DNA of 64,000 nucleotides from an uncultured Verrucomicrobiae bacterium (GCA_963812605.1 CAWEWF010000014.1:128001-192000); one strand, 5' to 3'. Shown: positions 33,254 through 43,553, counted from the stretch's first letter. Notes: generated from the sequence alone by a model not told the origin. Program-made: numbers and translations.

Positions 33254-33901
33254 ATGAACCAGCCGATGGCAAGACAGCGCCCGTCGGTCAAGAAGATCGC
33301 CATCCTCACGCTGGCGATCGGCTGGATGCTGTTTCTGGCGCTGGTGTTTGTGTGTAATATCTGGATCGTCGGCGCGACGAGATCGCGGGTATTTTACGAT
33401 GTTGGTTCCATTCCTTTTAACGAGGACGGGCTGGTGCTGGGGACGGGGAAACTGATCGAGAAGGGCCGGGTAAACCAGCACTTGGTGCAGCGCATCGACG
33501 CGGCTGCGGCGCTGTACCGCAGAGGCAAAGTGAGGCGGCTGATTCTCAGCGGTGACAAGGGACGCGACGAACCCATGGAGATGAAGCGCGCATTATTGCA
33601 ACGGGGCGTCCCGGAGTCGGCCCTGGTCCTCGACAACTACGGACTGCGTACGCTCGATTCGGTGGTGCGAGCGCGCGACGTATATAAGTGTGCCAGGCTG
33701 ACAATCATCTCGGAGCGTTTCCACGATTTTCGGGCGTTGTTTCTCAGTCACTACTTCGGGATCGAGGCGGTGGCCTATGCGCCGAGCGATTTATCGATGC
33801 GTTGGATGGTCCGCCCGACGGCCCGCGAGTACCTGGCTCGCGTCAAGGCGGTGCTGGATCTGTACGTATTGAATACCCGGCCCGCGGTGACCGCCAGCTA
33901 G
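33254..33901 (+). CDS. sanA: SanA/YdcF/ElyC (DUF218) family protein
   Basis: N-terminal TM; LVLGT, LILSGD, DEP, DNYGLRTLDSVVRA, FHDFRA, REYLARVKA. Confidence 0.88.
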   Translation: MNQPMARQRPSVKKIAILTLAIGWMLFLALVFVCNIWIVGATRSRVFYDVGSIPFNEDGLVLGTGKLIEKGRVNQHLVQRIDAAAALYRRGKVRRLILSGDKGRDEPMEMKRALLQRGVPESALVLDNYGLRTLDSVVRARDVYKCARLTIISERFHDFRALFLSHYFGIEAVAYAPSDLSMRWMVRPTAREYLARVKAVLDLYVLNTRPAVTAS

Positions 33902-33924
33902 CCTCGAATCGGCTTCGAGGCTAG
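33898..33924. terminator. Hairpin between convergent sanA and mscS genes
   Basis: Perfect 11-bp IR CTAGCCTCGAA/TTCGAGGCTAG that includes both TAG stops; no U-tract. Confidence 0.5.
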
Positions 33925-34737
33925 GCGCTGGCCTTCTCCAGCAAGCGCACTTCGCGTTGCGGAAATGGAATTTCAATGTCGCGGGCGCGGAACTGCTCGA
34001 TGATGGCCTCGTAAATCTCCAATTGCGCAGGGCCGTAGTCCGGCACAGCCACCCACGGGAAAATGCCAATCGTGATTACCGACCCGCGAGAGCCTCGATG
34101 CCGACCACGGGTTGCGGCTCTTTGAGCACGCGCGTGTTGGCGTTGAGGATTTCGTGAATCGTGGCCAGCGCGCCCTTCACATCCGAGTTGTAGGCGATGC
34201 CGACGCTCAGGTTGAGTTGGCGGATGTTACCGCAGTTGTGGAGGATTTCGCCGACGATCTTGCGATTGGGAATGACAACACGCGACTTGTCGGAGTGCAG
34301 GAGCGTGGTCGAGAACAGCTCAATGTTGGTCACCTGGCCATTCCACCGGCCAGTTCGATATACTCTCCGATACGAAACGGCTTGGTGAAAATGATCGTCA
34401 AGCCCGCGATGATGTTGCCGAGCACACCCTGCGCCGCCAGGCCGATGCCGACACCCGCGACGCCGATCCCCGCGATCAGGGACGCGACAGGGACGCCGAA
34501 TTTGTCCAGCGCGAGCACCAGGGCGAACCCGAACACAATCAGTCGCACGACGCGGACCATCAGGATGCGGATCGGCGGTTCGAGATGTTGCTTGGTCAGC
34601 CACTTATCGGTGAGACTGCCCAGCCAGCGGGCGACAAGCGCGCCCACAATGAGAATGATGATTGCGCCGACGATCTGGAAGCCGTAGGTGATGAAGAAAG
34701 TAACGATGGTGTTCTGCCACTGTTCTACCGGAGCCAT
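33921..34737 (-). CDS. mscS: Small-conductance mechanosensitive channel (MscS family); frameshifted
   Basis: Three TMs; GIGLAAQGVLGNIIAG, KPFRIGEYIE, IPNRKI, VGIAYNSD. Confidence 0.9.
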
Positions 34738-34814
34738 GACATTTTTATCCGCGACACGCGGCGCGTTGTCAATTCTCAACTAAGCTGGAGGACTTTGGGC
34801 CGACAACCGCCTGG

Positions 34815-35182
34815 CTAGGTCGATTCGTCCCGATGAACTGTGTTCGGCGAAAACGCCGGTAGGCAAACCGCGATATACTCAGCTCCATCGGGTGATGGAG
34901 TGCTGTATTGGACCCACTCACCTTTGCGGGTGATGACCGCCTGGCCCGCGCGCACCTCGATGACGCCGCCCTTGTGGTTCACCTGCAGCGATCCCTTCAA
35001 TACATACGTGTACTCATCGAATTGCGGCGTTTGCCCGGGTTCGACCCAGCCCGACGGACTGCGCATGTGCGCGATGCTTATCGCATCCGTCTTTGAATTC
35101 ACGCGCCCGACAACTTCGTCGATGAGTTTGGGTTTGTTACCCGCCGGGTGATGCGCGCAGGCTTCTGAATAAGTGTTGGCAT
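34815..35182 (-). CDS. Cupin domain protein (EutQ-like); one frameshift near the start
   Basis: GNKPKLIDEVVGRVNS, SIAHMRSPSGWVEPGQTPQFDEYT, VCLPAFSP. Confidence 0.85.
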
Positions 35183-35205
35183 GACGCCATTTTACAACAT
35201 GCTCA

Positions 35206-36064
35206 TCACGCCGTCACCTGTAGTTCGCCGGCCACGATCGCTTGATCACCAATTGCAGGCGGTGTCGCGTCGCGGCCCTCCAGGAACTCCAGCACCGCGT
35301 CTTCAAATTCCGCCTTGTGCAATTCATACGCCGAATGGCCGCCGCCAGGGATTAGACCCAGGACGGCCGACGGGATGCGGCAGGCTGTCTCGCGCAGCAG
35401 GGACGGTGGGAAGAAGATGTCTTTGGTGCCACCGATGACCAGTGTCGGCGCCTGGATTTGGCCCAGGGACTCCGAACTGTCGTGCGCAAGACAAGCCTCC
35501 AGGGAAACCAGGAAATCCGCCGGATTGCAGGGCATCGTTCGCAATAGCGGAATCAGAAACCGGGTAAAAGTCTTGTGGTACTCAGCCATCGTTACCCGGT
35601 TAATATCCTGGTAAAATTCCCGCCAGCGTTCCTCGTGCGCCAACGCCAGCCAGTGTTCGGGGGCTTTCCGTCCTTCGTCACTAACGCGGTACGCCGCGCA
35701 GGCGATAATCAACCGATTCACATACTCGGGATAGTCCGCCGCAAAATGCTGGGCCACGTAGCCGCCAAGGGAAATCCCCAAAACATCCGCCGTCCCAATT
35801 TCGCATTCAAAGGCCCTCGCATAGTCGGCGGCCATGTCCCGGGTCGTGTATCCGCGGGGCATACCGCGTTTGCGACTGACGATGTAGACCGTGGACGTTC
35901 GGCAAACCGCCGGTATTGTGAAGGGAAATCCCACTTCCGGCTGGTCACATCCCATGCGGCATCGGCCAGCCGGGAAAAATCACCACGGAATGTGGTTTAT
36001 CACCCAAGCGCACATACGAAAGTCCGCCGGGTAACAACCCTTTCTCCATCGCCAACGTTTCCAT
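35206..36064 (-). CDS. Alpha/beta fold hydrolase; frameshifted near the 5' end
   Basis: GISLGG nucleophile elbow, PTLVIGGTKD, GGGHS. Confidence 0.85.
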
Positions 36065-36179
36065 AAAGGCCTCCTGCCCCTTATGATACATCGAGTTGCG
36101 GTTATGGCTATTGGGCAGCCTTCCGAATTCTACCTAGGAAATGTCACCAGGGTGGTCGACGGCTTTCTCGATTGAACTG

Positions 36180-36920
36180 CTACTCTTTGGGGAGAGTTCG
36201 TTGCGTGTTGCTGTGGGCGACCTGCATGGCCACGAGAAGGGCGATGAGGATGGCCAGGTACATTTGACCGGAGATGGCTTCGAGGTTGGCGAACGCGCGC
36301 GCGGGGCCCGACCTGGGCAGAATATCGCCATACCCCAATGTCGAAAGCGTGCTCATGCTGTAATAGATCAGCGAGTTGATCATCGCAAACTGCGGAAACT
36401 CTACATGACCCGTGGCGATGGGCTGACCGGCCTCCAGTAAGGAGCCGGGATGTAGCACTTCGAGCATGCAAAAGAGAAATGCCCACATCAACCCGAGTAG
36501 CAGATAGGCGCAAATCGCCCCATAAATCGTGTCCGAGGTCACCGTCTTGCTTCTCAGGACGTTCGAGAGAATGGCAATCGCCGTCAGCAGGAGAAACAGC
36601 ACCCCGAAGCCACGGCTGATCGCGGTCGTGACGGGATTCATGTGCTGCGCGAACGCCAGCCATTGTGCGCCCAACATTCCCGCCGCCAGTACGAGGGCCA
36701 CCGCCAGGAAACGGCGGTCGTGGCTCACGGCATAAGCGCCCGCGACAAGGATCACCGCGAAAAACAAACCCACGTGCCGCGTTTCGGCCACTTCCTGGTC
36801 GATGAACGGATAGAAGGCAAACAACAACAGCAACGCGATCAACAAAGTCAGGTACCGCTGCCGCAAAAGCCGATGCCGGGTCCGTTCACTCTCATGGGGA
36901 ATCATCGGGTTCGTCGACAC
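36180..36920 (-). CDS. Potassium channel family (Ion_trans_2) membrane protein
   Basis: Multiple TMs; pore signature YYSMSTLSTLGYGDILP. Confidence 0.88.
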   Translation of the reverse strand: MSTNPMIPHESERTRHRLLRQRYLTLLIALLLLFAFYPFIDQEVAETRHVGLFFAVILVAGAYAVSHDRRFLAVALVLAAGMLGAQWLAFAQHMNPVTTAISRGFGVLFLLLTAIAILSNVLRSKTVTSDTIYGAICAYLLLGLMWAFLFCMLEVLHPGSLLEAGQPIATGHVEFPQFAMINSLIYYSMSTLSTLGYGDILPRSGPARAFANLEAISGQMYLAILIALLVAMQVAHSNTQRTLPKE

Positions 36921-37022
36921 GCCGCGCAGCTTACCAATTCACCACCGCACTCGTCTACCGCCATGCGTCCCGATCACTAGGTTGCCGAATCCCGCGCCAG
37001 GTATCGCGCGATGCGGACGTAC

Positions 37023-37499
37023 TCATTGCCCGCCCAGCGGGTGGTAGTTCTTATGGATCTTGTCCAAGATTTGATTCGCAGAAGGTGTGACGATCGTCTT
37101 TACGAATGGAGTCCACTTTAAATCGGTGCCGCAAGCATGGATGAAAAGCTCGCGGACACCCCCTCTGGGAAAAATAGGGGTGAACCGCGCCACCGCGACT
37201 TTATCGGTTGAAGCGAATCGTCCATCCTTTGTTGTCATTGCGAAGCCCCGGCCGTTCATGATGTTGTTGGTAGAATCGATGAAGTACTCAACGGACCAGA
37301 TTTTAACAGAGGCATTAGTGGAAACAGCGCGCACGCTCACTTCTACCTGATTGTTGTTGGTGCGGATAACCGAAGCCTCGCTCAAGATGATGTCGGTGCC
37401 ACCAGTTGCAGCCCAAGGACAGGAAATCATGGCGAAGAGCAGCACTACCACGAGTCCAAGTTGCCTGGTTCCAAAGCTCAGTGTACGGACTGGATTCAC
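37023..37499 (-). CDS. Hypothetical exported protein (possible Ig-like fold), lower GC than its neighbours
   Basis: GTG start overlaps the stop of the duplicated icd tail; hydrophobic [14 protein letters not shown]; VEYFID motif; 3' end uncertain. Confidence 0.55.
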   Translation of the reverse strand: MNPVRTLSFGTRQLGLVVVLLFAMISCPWAATGGTDIILSEASVIRTNNNQVEVSVRAVSTNASVKIWSVEYFIDSTNNIMNGRGFAMTTKDGRFASTDKVAVARFTPIFPRGGVRELFIHACGTDLKWTPFVKTIVTPSANQILDKIHKNYHPLGGQ

Positions 37500-37670
37500 A
37501 TCTTGCTTATCACCGCATCGCCAAACTCGGAGCACTTCACTTTCTTCGCTCCCTCCATCTGCCTTGCGAAGTCGTAAGTGACGGTCTTGGCGTTGATGGC
37601 CCCGTCCATGCCTTGGAGAATGAGGTCGGCGGCTTCGGTCCAGCCGAAGCAGTGGAACGTCATTTCGCCG
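37496..37670 (-). pseudogene. Displaced or duplicated 3' end of icd (57 codons plus stop)
   Basis: Translates [57 protein letters not shown]; diverged direct repeat of 38236-38409. Confidence 0.9.
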
Positions 37671-37893
37671 CAGTCAGTTCGCGAGCGTGCAGGACTTCGT
37701 GACCGGAGAGCGAGCGCACCTTGTCAGCTTCTAACGACAGCACAGCGATGGTTTTGCCGTCGGATGTCATGAACTCGACCTCGTAACCTTCGCCGTTACC
37801 GTGCACCATGACGGCAGTACCAATGTCGCCGGCCACGAGGCCGTGCATTGGCAGATCAACCGTCAGGGCTACCAGATCCAACTCCTTAATCAT
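37660..37893 (-). CDS. DUF4926-like small protein (putative antitoxin/immunity partner)
   Basis: [41 protein letters not shown]...GKTIAV pattern. Confidence 0.85.
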   Translation of the reverse strand: MIKELDLVALTVDLPMHGLVAGDIGTAVMVHGNGEGYEVEFMTSDGKTIAVLSLEADKVRSLSGHEVLHARELTAAK

Positions 37894-38231
37894 AACGGGA
37901 ATCTATCATGGTTTGGTAGGGTATGCAGTAACAAAGTGGGGCGGTGGCCGGTCGTCGCGCAAAATCCAGATTGTGGTAATGGCCAGGCTGCCGCTCCGCG
38001 ATGGGATGCTACCGCGCACAACAAACTTGCGGCCAAAGGGCGACGGCAGTTCCTGCGCGCGTCGGACTCTCGCGCGAGTTGAAGCAAAACGTCCACGAGA
38101 CGCTGTGCCGTGTACCCGGCGGTGACGAAGACGCGTTGTTTGTGCCGACCATGAGCGTGTGTGGCGCTGAGCAAGTACCGCTCAATCTTGTTTCTCTCGA
38201 CGACGGCGTGCTCCGCGTCTGGCAATTTCAT
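37890..38231 (-). CDS. DUF6883-like protein (putative toxin/nuclease-fold partner); frameshifted
   Basis: MKLPDAEHAVVERNKIERYLLSATHAHGRHK; other frame gives SPFGRKFVVRG...SLAITTIWILRDDRPPPHFVTAYP; ATGA overlap with the DUF4926-like gene. Confidence 0.75.
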   Translation of the reverse strand: MKLPDAEHAVVERNKIERYLLSATHAHGRHKQRVFVTAGYTAQRLVDVLLQLARESDARRNCRRPLAASLLCAVASHRGAAAWPLPQSGFCATTGHRPTLLLHTLPNHDRFPL

Positions 38232-38235
38232 CGCG

Positions 38236-39525
38236 TCACATCTTCTTAATCACCGCATCGCCGAACTCGCTGCACTTGACTTCCTTCGCGCCTTCCATCT
38301 GCCGGGCGAAATCGTAGGTGACGGTCTTGGCGTGATCGCGCCGTCCAGGCCCTTGAGGATCAGATCGGCGGCTTCGGTCCAGCCCAGGTAGCGGAACATC
38401 ATTTCGCCGGAGAGGATGACGGAGCCGGGGTTGACCATGTCCTTGTTGGCGTACTTGGGCGCGGTGCCGTGGGTGGCTTCGAAGATGGCGTGGCCGGTGA
38501 TGTAGTTGATGTTGCCGCCGGGCGCGATGCCGATGCCGCCGACCTGCGCGGCCAGCGCGTCGGTGAGATAATCGCCGTTGAGGTTCAGCGTGGCGATGAC
38601 GTCGAAGTCCTCGGGCGGGTGAGCACCTGCTGCAGCGTGATGTCGGCGATGGCGTCCTTGATGACGAGGCCCGCGCCGGGTTTGCCTTCGGGAATCTTGC
38701 ACCACGGGCCGCCGTCGATCTCCGACCGCGCCGAAACGCTCCTTGGCGAGCTCGTAGCCCCAGTCGCGGAAGGCGCCCTCGGTGAACTTCATGATGTTGC
38801 CCTTGTGGACAATCGTGACGCTCTTGCGCTTGTTCGTGATGGCGTAGAGGATGCGGCGTGGATCAGGCGGTTCGTGCCGAGATAGCTGACCGGCTTGATG
38901 CCGATGCCGACATCCACGTCCGGGCGGTGCGGCGCGCCGATGGCCTCAAGCTGCTTCAGCCACTGCGCCGCCGCTTCTTTGGTTCCGAAGCGGATTTTCT
39001 TGAATTCCTTGGGAAATTCCTTCGCCAGGAAATCGAGGATCTTCTGCGCTTCGGGCGTGCCGCCCGCGTACTCGATGCCGGCGTAAATGTCCTCGGTGTT
39101 CTCGCGGAAGATGACCATGTCCACCTTCTCGGGATGCTTCACGGGCGAAGGCACGCCCTTGAACCAGTGCACCGGGCGCAGGCAGACGTAGAGATCGAGC
39201 ATCTGGCGCAGCGCGACGTTGAGCGAGCGGATGCCGCCGCCGACGGGCGTGGTGAGCGGGCCTTTGATGCCGACGAGGTAATCCTGGAACGCCTCGACCG
39301 TGTCGTCGGGCAGCCAGTTGTTGAATTTCTTGAAGGCCTTCTCGCCGGCAAAAACCTCCATCCAGGCGATCTTGCGTTTGCCGCCGTAGGCTTTCTTCAC
39401 CGCCGCGTCGAACACGCGCTCGGCGCGGCCCAGATGTCGGGGCCGGTGCCGTCGCCGCGGATGAAGGGAATGATGGGATTGTCGGGAACGTTCAGTTTGC
39501 CGTTTTGAATGGAAATCTTTGCCAT
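38236..39525 (-). CDS. icd: NADP-dependent isocitrate dehydrogenase; several frameshifts (likely sequencing errors)
   Basis: [81 protein letters not shown]. Confidence 0.96.
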
Positions 39526-39640
39526 GAATTGTGGTTCTCCTCGCCTAAAAAAGTGCCGCGATGATAGCAGAGAGCACAGGGCAGTCAACCTTGCGTGAGC
39601 AGCATTGCCTTCGCGCGGCGTCCGTCGTATCGTGCGACCC

Positions 39641-40451
39641 GTGGGTTACGCGATTTTGTTTCGCCAGTTTCCCCTCGATCAACTGGATGCGCTGGCGCCG
39701 GTCGTTGCGGGGATTTACGGCATCAACGATTACGACGCGCGCACGAAGATCCGCAAAGGCTGGGGATTTCTGGAGCGGGACGCCTCGAAGGAAGACGCGC
39801 TCCGAATCGTGGAAGGCGTGGGCGATTATGCTGGCGGCGTTGTCTGCATAGACAACACCGCGCTCCGCATGCCCGGCGGGAACCGCGCGTGACCACGGGA
39901 GTCGAGTTCGCGCCCAACGGTTTCACGCTGCGCTTGCAATCGACCGAAAGATCCCACCCGTTTCCTCGAATGGGCACAGGTGGAAGTGGTGTCCGCGGGC
40001 CAGTTTTCGGAGGAGATTATCAAACGCGTATCGGGTGGCGACGAAAAGAAAATGGGGGCGATGATGCTGGGCGTCGGCGTATTTCTCGCCACCGGCATAC
40101 CGCCCGGCCTGCTGGGCGGCGGCAAGAAAAAGAAGAAGGAAGCCAAGCCCGAGAAAACCATGCGCACGATCACCTTCGGCCGGATCGTCACGATCACCGG
40201 CGAACAGTTTGCCTTCGGTCCCGAGCACTTTGATTTCTCCGGCCTGGCCGAGAAAAAGCAGTTAAACACCGGCGCCAACTTCCGCGTGCTTCTCGCGGAA
40301 TTGGCCGCTGACATCCGCCAAGGTGAACCGCGGCGCGCGCCTCCTGCTGGACAACCGCTCCCTGACCTTCGCCAACTACGCCGGCCCGCACGACTTCGAA
40401 ACCGAATTGCTTTGGCTGCTAAATGTCCCGCGTGGTGATAGCGCCGAATGA
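39641..40451 (+). CDS. Hypothetical protein; frameshifted
   Basis: Joined frames [15 protein letters not shown]...[19 protein letters not shown]...[16 protein letters not shown]; codon usage looks coding. Confidence 0.6.
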
Positions 40452-40474
40452 ATCGGGCAGCGTGACGTGGAATC

Positions 40475-41313
40475 TTATTTCGCGCCGGGGACATCCACGC
40501 GGGCGCGGTAGAGACCGGTGCGGGCGCAGATGTAGAGGGTTTTGCGGTCGGGGTCGCCGAAGGCGACGTTGGCGGGGCGCTCGGGCAGGGTGATTTCGCC
40601 AAGCTGCTTTCCGGTGCGGTCAAAATTTCGACCGATTTCATTGCGGAAATGTAAAGGGTGCCTTCGACGTTAACCCGGAAGCCGTCGGGGCGTTCTACTT
40701 TGCAGAAAACACGACTGTTTGTAATGCTGCCGTCAGCGTTTACATCAAAAGCGCGGAGGTGACCGAGTTCCGTGTCGGCGATGTAGAGAATTTTTTCGTC
40801 GGGCGAAAAAGCGAGGCCGTTGGGTTTGACGAAGTCCCGCGCAACCAGGGTGAGTGTCTCGCCCTTCGGCGACACGCAGAACACACCTTGGAAATCCAAT
40901 TCGCGCAGATCCGGCTTCACGCCGTAGGGCGGATCGCTGAAATACACCGAACCGTCGCTTCGACACACGATGTCATTGGGGCTGTTAAGCCGCTTGCCTT
41001 CATAGTGTGTGGCCAGCGCGTTGACCGTTCCGTCGTGCTCGGTGCGCGAGGTGCGACGGTTTTCGTGTTCGCAAGTGACGAGACGGCCCTGCGGGTCGAG
41101 CGCATTGCCATTGGCCTGACCGCTGGGTTCGCGGAAAATACTGAACGAATTGGTCGCCGGCGTGTAGCGGCGAATACAACTGGCCGGAATATCGCTGAAG
41201 AGCAGTTCGTTCCGTGCCTGTACCCACACGGGTCCTTCCAGAAATTGGAAATTTCCCGCAATTTTTTCAGCTACTGTGGCGAATGTTGATGATGTCGCCG
41301 TCTTCCACGACAT
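40475..41313 (-). CDS. SMP-30/gluconolactonase/LRE family protein; frameshift near the 3' end, start uncertain
   Basis: FLEGPVW, LFSDIP, ANGNALD, LNSPNDIV, FSDPPYG, PNGLAFSPDEKILYIADT, RPDGF. Confidence 0.92.
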
Positions 41314-42355
41314 ACTCTTTGCCTTTGACATGGAGCTTGCCAGTTTCCTTGAGCTTTACTTCCGCGGCGTGCCCGGTGTCGGCAGCCCCGATCAGGTCGC
41401 CGTATTTCATCACCTCGGCGCGGATGAAACCGCGGGCGAGGTCCGAGTGAATGGCGTGCGCTGCGTCGACGGACGTGGCGCCGTGACGAATGGTCCAGGC
41501 GCGGACTTCGTCTTCGCCGCTCGTGAAAAACGAGATGTAACCGAGCGCCTTGTAGAGAAAACGCGTGAGAATGTTAATCGCTGGTTCGGTGATGCCGAGC
41601 GCGGCCAGGAATTCGGCGCGTTCGGCGGGATTCTCGATCTGCGCGACCTCGGCCTCGGTCTTGGCGCTGAGTTCGCAGACTTCGGAACGCGGGCCGGTGA
41701 GTATCGCCTGGGCGGCTTGCACCAGCTTCGGGTTTGGGAAATTACTTTCGCCACAATTGAGGGCGGTGACGATGCCCTTGACCGTGAGAAACTGCAACGA
41801 GCGCATTCGTTTTTCTTCACCCTCATGCCAGGCATATTCGCGGAGTGATTTTCCAGCTTCCAGATGCGGCTTGAGTTTTTCCAGCAGCGCGGCTTCGTCG
41901 GCGCGTTCCTGCTCGAACTTGCGTTTCTGGTCCTGCGCGATGCGATTGAGTCGCGTCTCGATGAGACTGAGGTCGCTGATGGCGAGTTCCAGATTCATCG
42001 CCTCGATGTCCCGCAGTGGATCGACCGAGCCGTTCACGTGAAACACGGCCGGATTTTCGAAGGCCCGGACGACGTGGCAGAATGCATCCATGTCCTTCAA
42101 CTTGTTGAGCCATTGCTCGCGCGGCTTTGGCTCGTGAGGCGGGGCGGGGGCGAGCGTACACTCGATCTCGGCGTACTTCGTCTTCTTCGGATTGTACATC
42201 GCCGAAAGCCTGTCAATACGCTGGTCGGCGACCTTGACCGTACCGATGTGGTATTCGGTGGCCCGGCCAAGCAAGTGGTCAACCCCCACACCTGTAAGCA
42301 GGGAGAAGACCGTCTTTTTGCCGACTTGTGGCAGGCCAATGAGCGCGATTTTCAT
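41267..42355 (-). CDS. YchF-like OBG-family NTPase paralogue (DUF933 C-terminus)
   Basis: GLPQVGKKT, HVVRAFE, ISFFTSGEDEVRAWT, IHSDLARGFIRAEV, GKEYVVEDGDII. Confidence 0.88.
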   Translation of the reverse strand: MKIALIGLPQVGKKTVFSLLTGVGVDHLLGRATEYHIGTVKVADQRIDRLSAMYNPKKTKYAEIECTLAPAPPHEPKPREQWLNKLKDMDAFCHVVRAFENPAVFHVNGSVDPLRDIEAMNLELAISDLSLIETRLNRIAQDQKRKFEQERADEAALLEKLKPHLEAGKSLREYAWHEGEEKRMRSLQFLTVKGIVTALNCGESNFPNPKLVQAAQAILTGPRSEVCELSAKTEAEVAQIENPAERAEFLAALGITEPAINILTRFLYKALGYISFFTSGEDEVRAWTIRHGATSVDAAHAIHSDLARGFIRAEVMKYGDLIGAADTGHAAEVKLKETGKLHVKGKEYVVEDGDIINIRHSS

Positions 42356-42380
42356 AGCGAAAGCCTGACAGCGTGGAAGG

Positions 42381-43553
42381 TCACGCCTTCAGGCTTTTGC
42401 AAAAGGCCTCGATGCGGTCGAGACCTTTCTGGATGTTCTCCATCGAACAGGCGTAACTGAGGCGCAAGTGCGCATCGCTACCGAAAGCGATGCCGGGGAC
42501 CGCCGCAACCTTCTGATCATCCAACAGCTTTGAACAGAAAGCGGTTGAGCCCAGGCCGAACGCGGAGATATTGGGCAGCATATAGAACGCGCCCAGCGGC
42601 TTCACGCAGGTAATGCCCGAAATCTTTGTGAGCCGATCGTACATGTACGCGCGACGTTCGGTGAAGGCCTTGACCATCTCGCCGATGAACGATTGGTCGC
42701 CTTTCAATGCCGCGAGTGCGCCTTTCTGGGCGAAGCTGGTCGGATTCGAAGTCGAGTGCGACTGGATCGAGTCAATCGCGGCGGCGATGTGCTCCGGCGC
42801 GGCGATGTAGCCCAGACGCCAACCGGTCATCGCATACGCTTTACTGAAGCCGTTGACGGTGATCGTCAGGTCGTAAATTTCACTGCCCAAGGACGCGAGG
42901 CTGACCGACTCGGTGCCGTCATAGACGACTTTCTCGTAAATCTCATCCGACAGCATGAGGATATCCTCTTCCAGCGCCACTTCCGCGAGGGCTTGCAGTT
43001 CCTCGCGAGTGTAAACGGAGCCGGTCGGGTTGCCGGGCGAATTGAGGATGATGAGCCGGGTTGCCGGTGTCATCGCCTCGCGGAACTGGTCCGGTGTGAT
43101 CTTGAAGCCGTTCTCTTCCCTGGTTTCGACGGTCACAGGCGACGCATCGGCGAGCTTGACCATTTCCGGGTAGCTCAACCAGTACGGCGCCGGGATAATG
43201 ACCTCGTCACCCGCCTGGCAGGTTGCCAGGATGACATTGAAACACGAATGTTTCGCGCCACAATTGACGATGATCTGCGATGCCTTGTAGTCGAGGCCAT
43301 TCTCGTTCTTCAACTTCTCCGCGATGGCCGCGCGCAATTCCGGAATGCCCGAGGAAGGCGTGTACTTCGTGAAGCCCGCGGCCAGCGCCTGGGCGGCGGC
43401 GTCCTTGATGTATTGTGGGGTATCGAAATCGGGTTCGCCAGCGCCGAAGCCGCAGACGTCAACGCCTTCCGCTTTGAGTTTTTTGGCTTTCGCGTCGATG
43501 GCGAGGGTCAACGACGGGGTCAGGGTAGTGGCGCGTTGTGCGAGCTGTTGCAT
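42381..43553 (-). CDS. aspC: Class I PLP-dependent aminotransferase (aspartate aminotransferase)
   Basis: GEPDFDTP, NSPGNPTG, SDEIY, GFSKAYAMTGWRLGY, LRLSYA. Confidence 0.92.
   Translation of the reverse strand: MQQLAQRATTLTPSLTLAIDAKAKKLKAEGVDVCGFGAGEPDFDTPQYIKDAAAQALAAGFTKYTPSSGIPELRAAIAEKLKNENGLDYKASQIIVNCGAKHSCFNVILATCQAGDEVIIPAPYWLSYPEMVKLADASPVTVETREENGFKITPDQFREAMTPATRLIILNSPGNPTGSVYTREELQALAEVALEEDILMLSDEIYEKVVYDGTESVSLASLGSEIYDLTITVNGFSKAYAMTGWRLGYIAAPEHIAAAIDSIQSHSTSNPTSFAQKGALAALKGDQSFIGEMVKAFTERRAYMYDRLTKISGITCVKPLGAFYMLPNISAFGLGSTAFCSKLLDDQKVAAVPGIAFGSDAHLRLSYACSMENIQKGLDRIEAFCKSLKA

Noticed and set aside
38236-39525. icd as a true pseudogene or programmed frameshift
   Set aside because: Several scattered single-base losses with otherwise perfect motif conservation, the same pattern as neighbouring genes; best explained as sequencing error.
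39826-41331. 501-aa fusion ORF extending the gluconolactonase
   Set aside because: The extension arises from a frameshift near 40620; the alternate frame ends properly (ARVDVPGAK*) at 40475.
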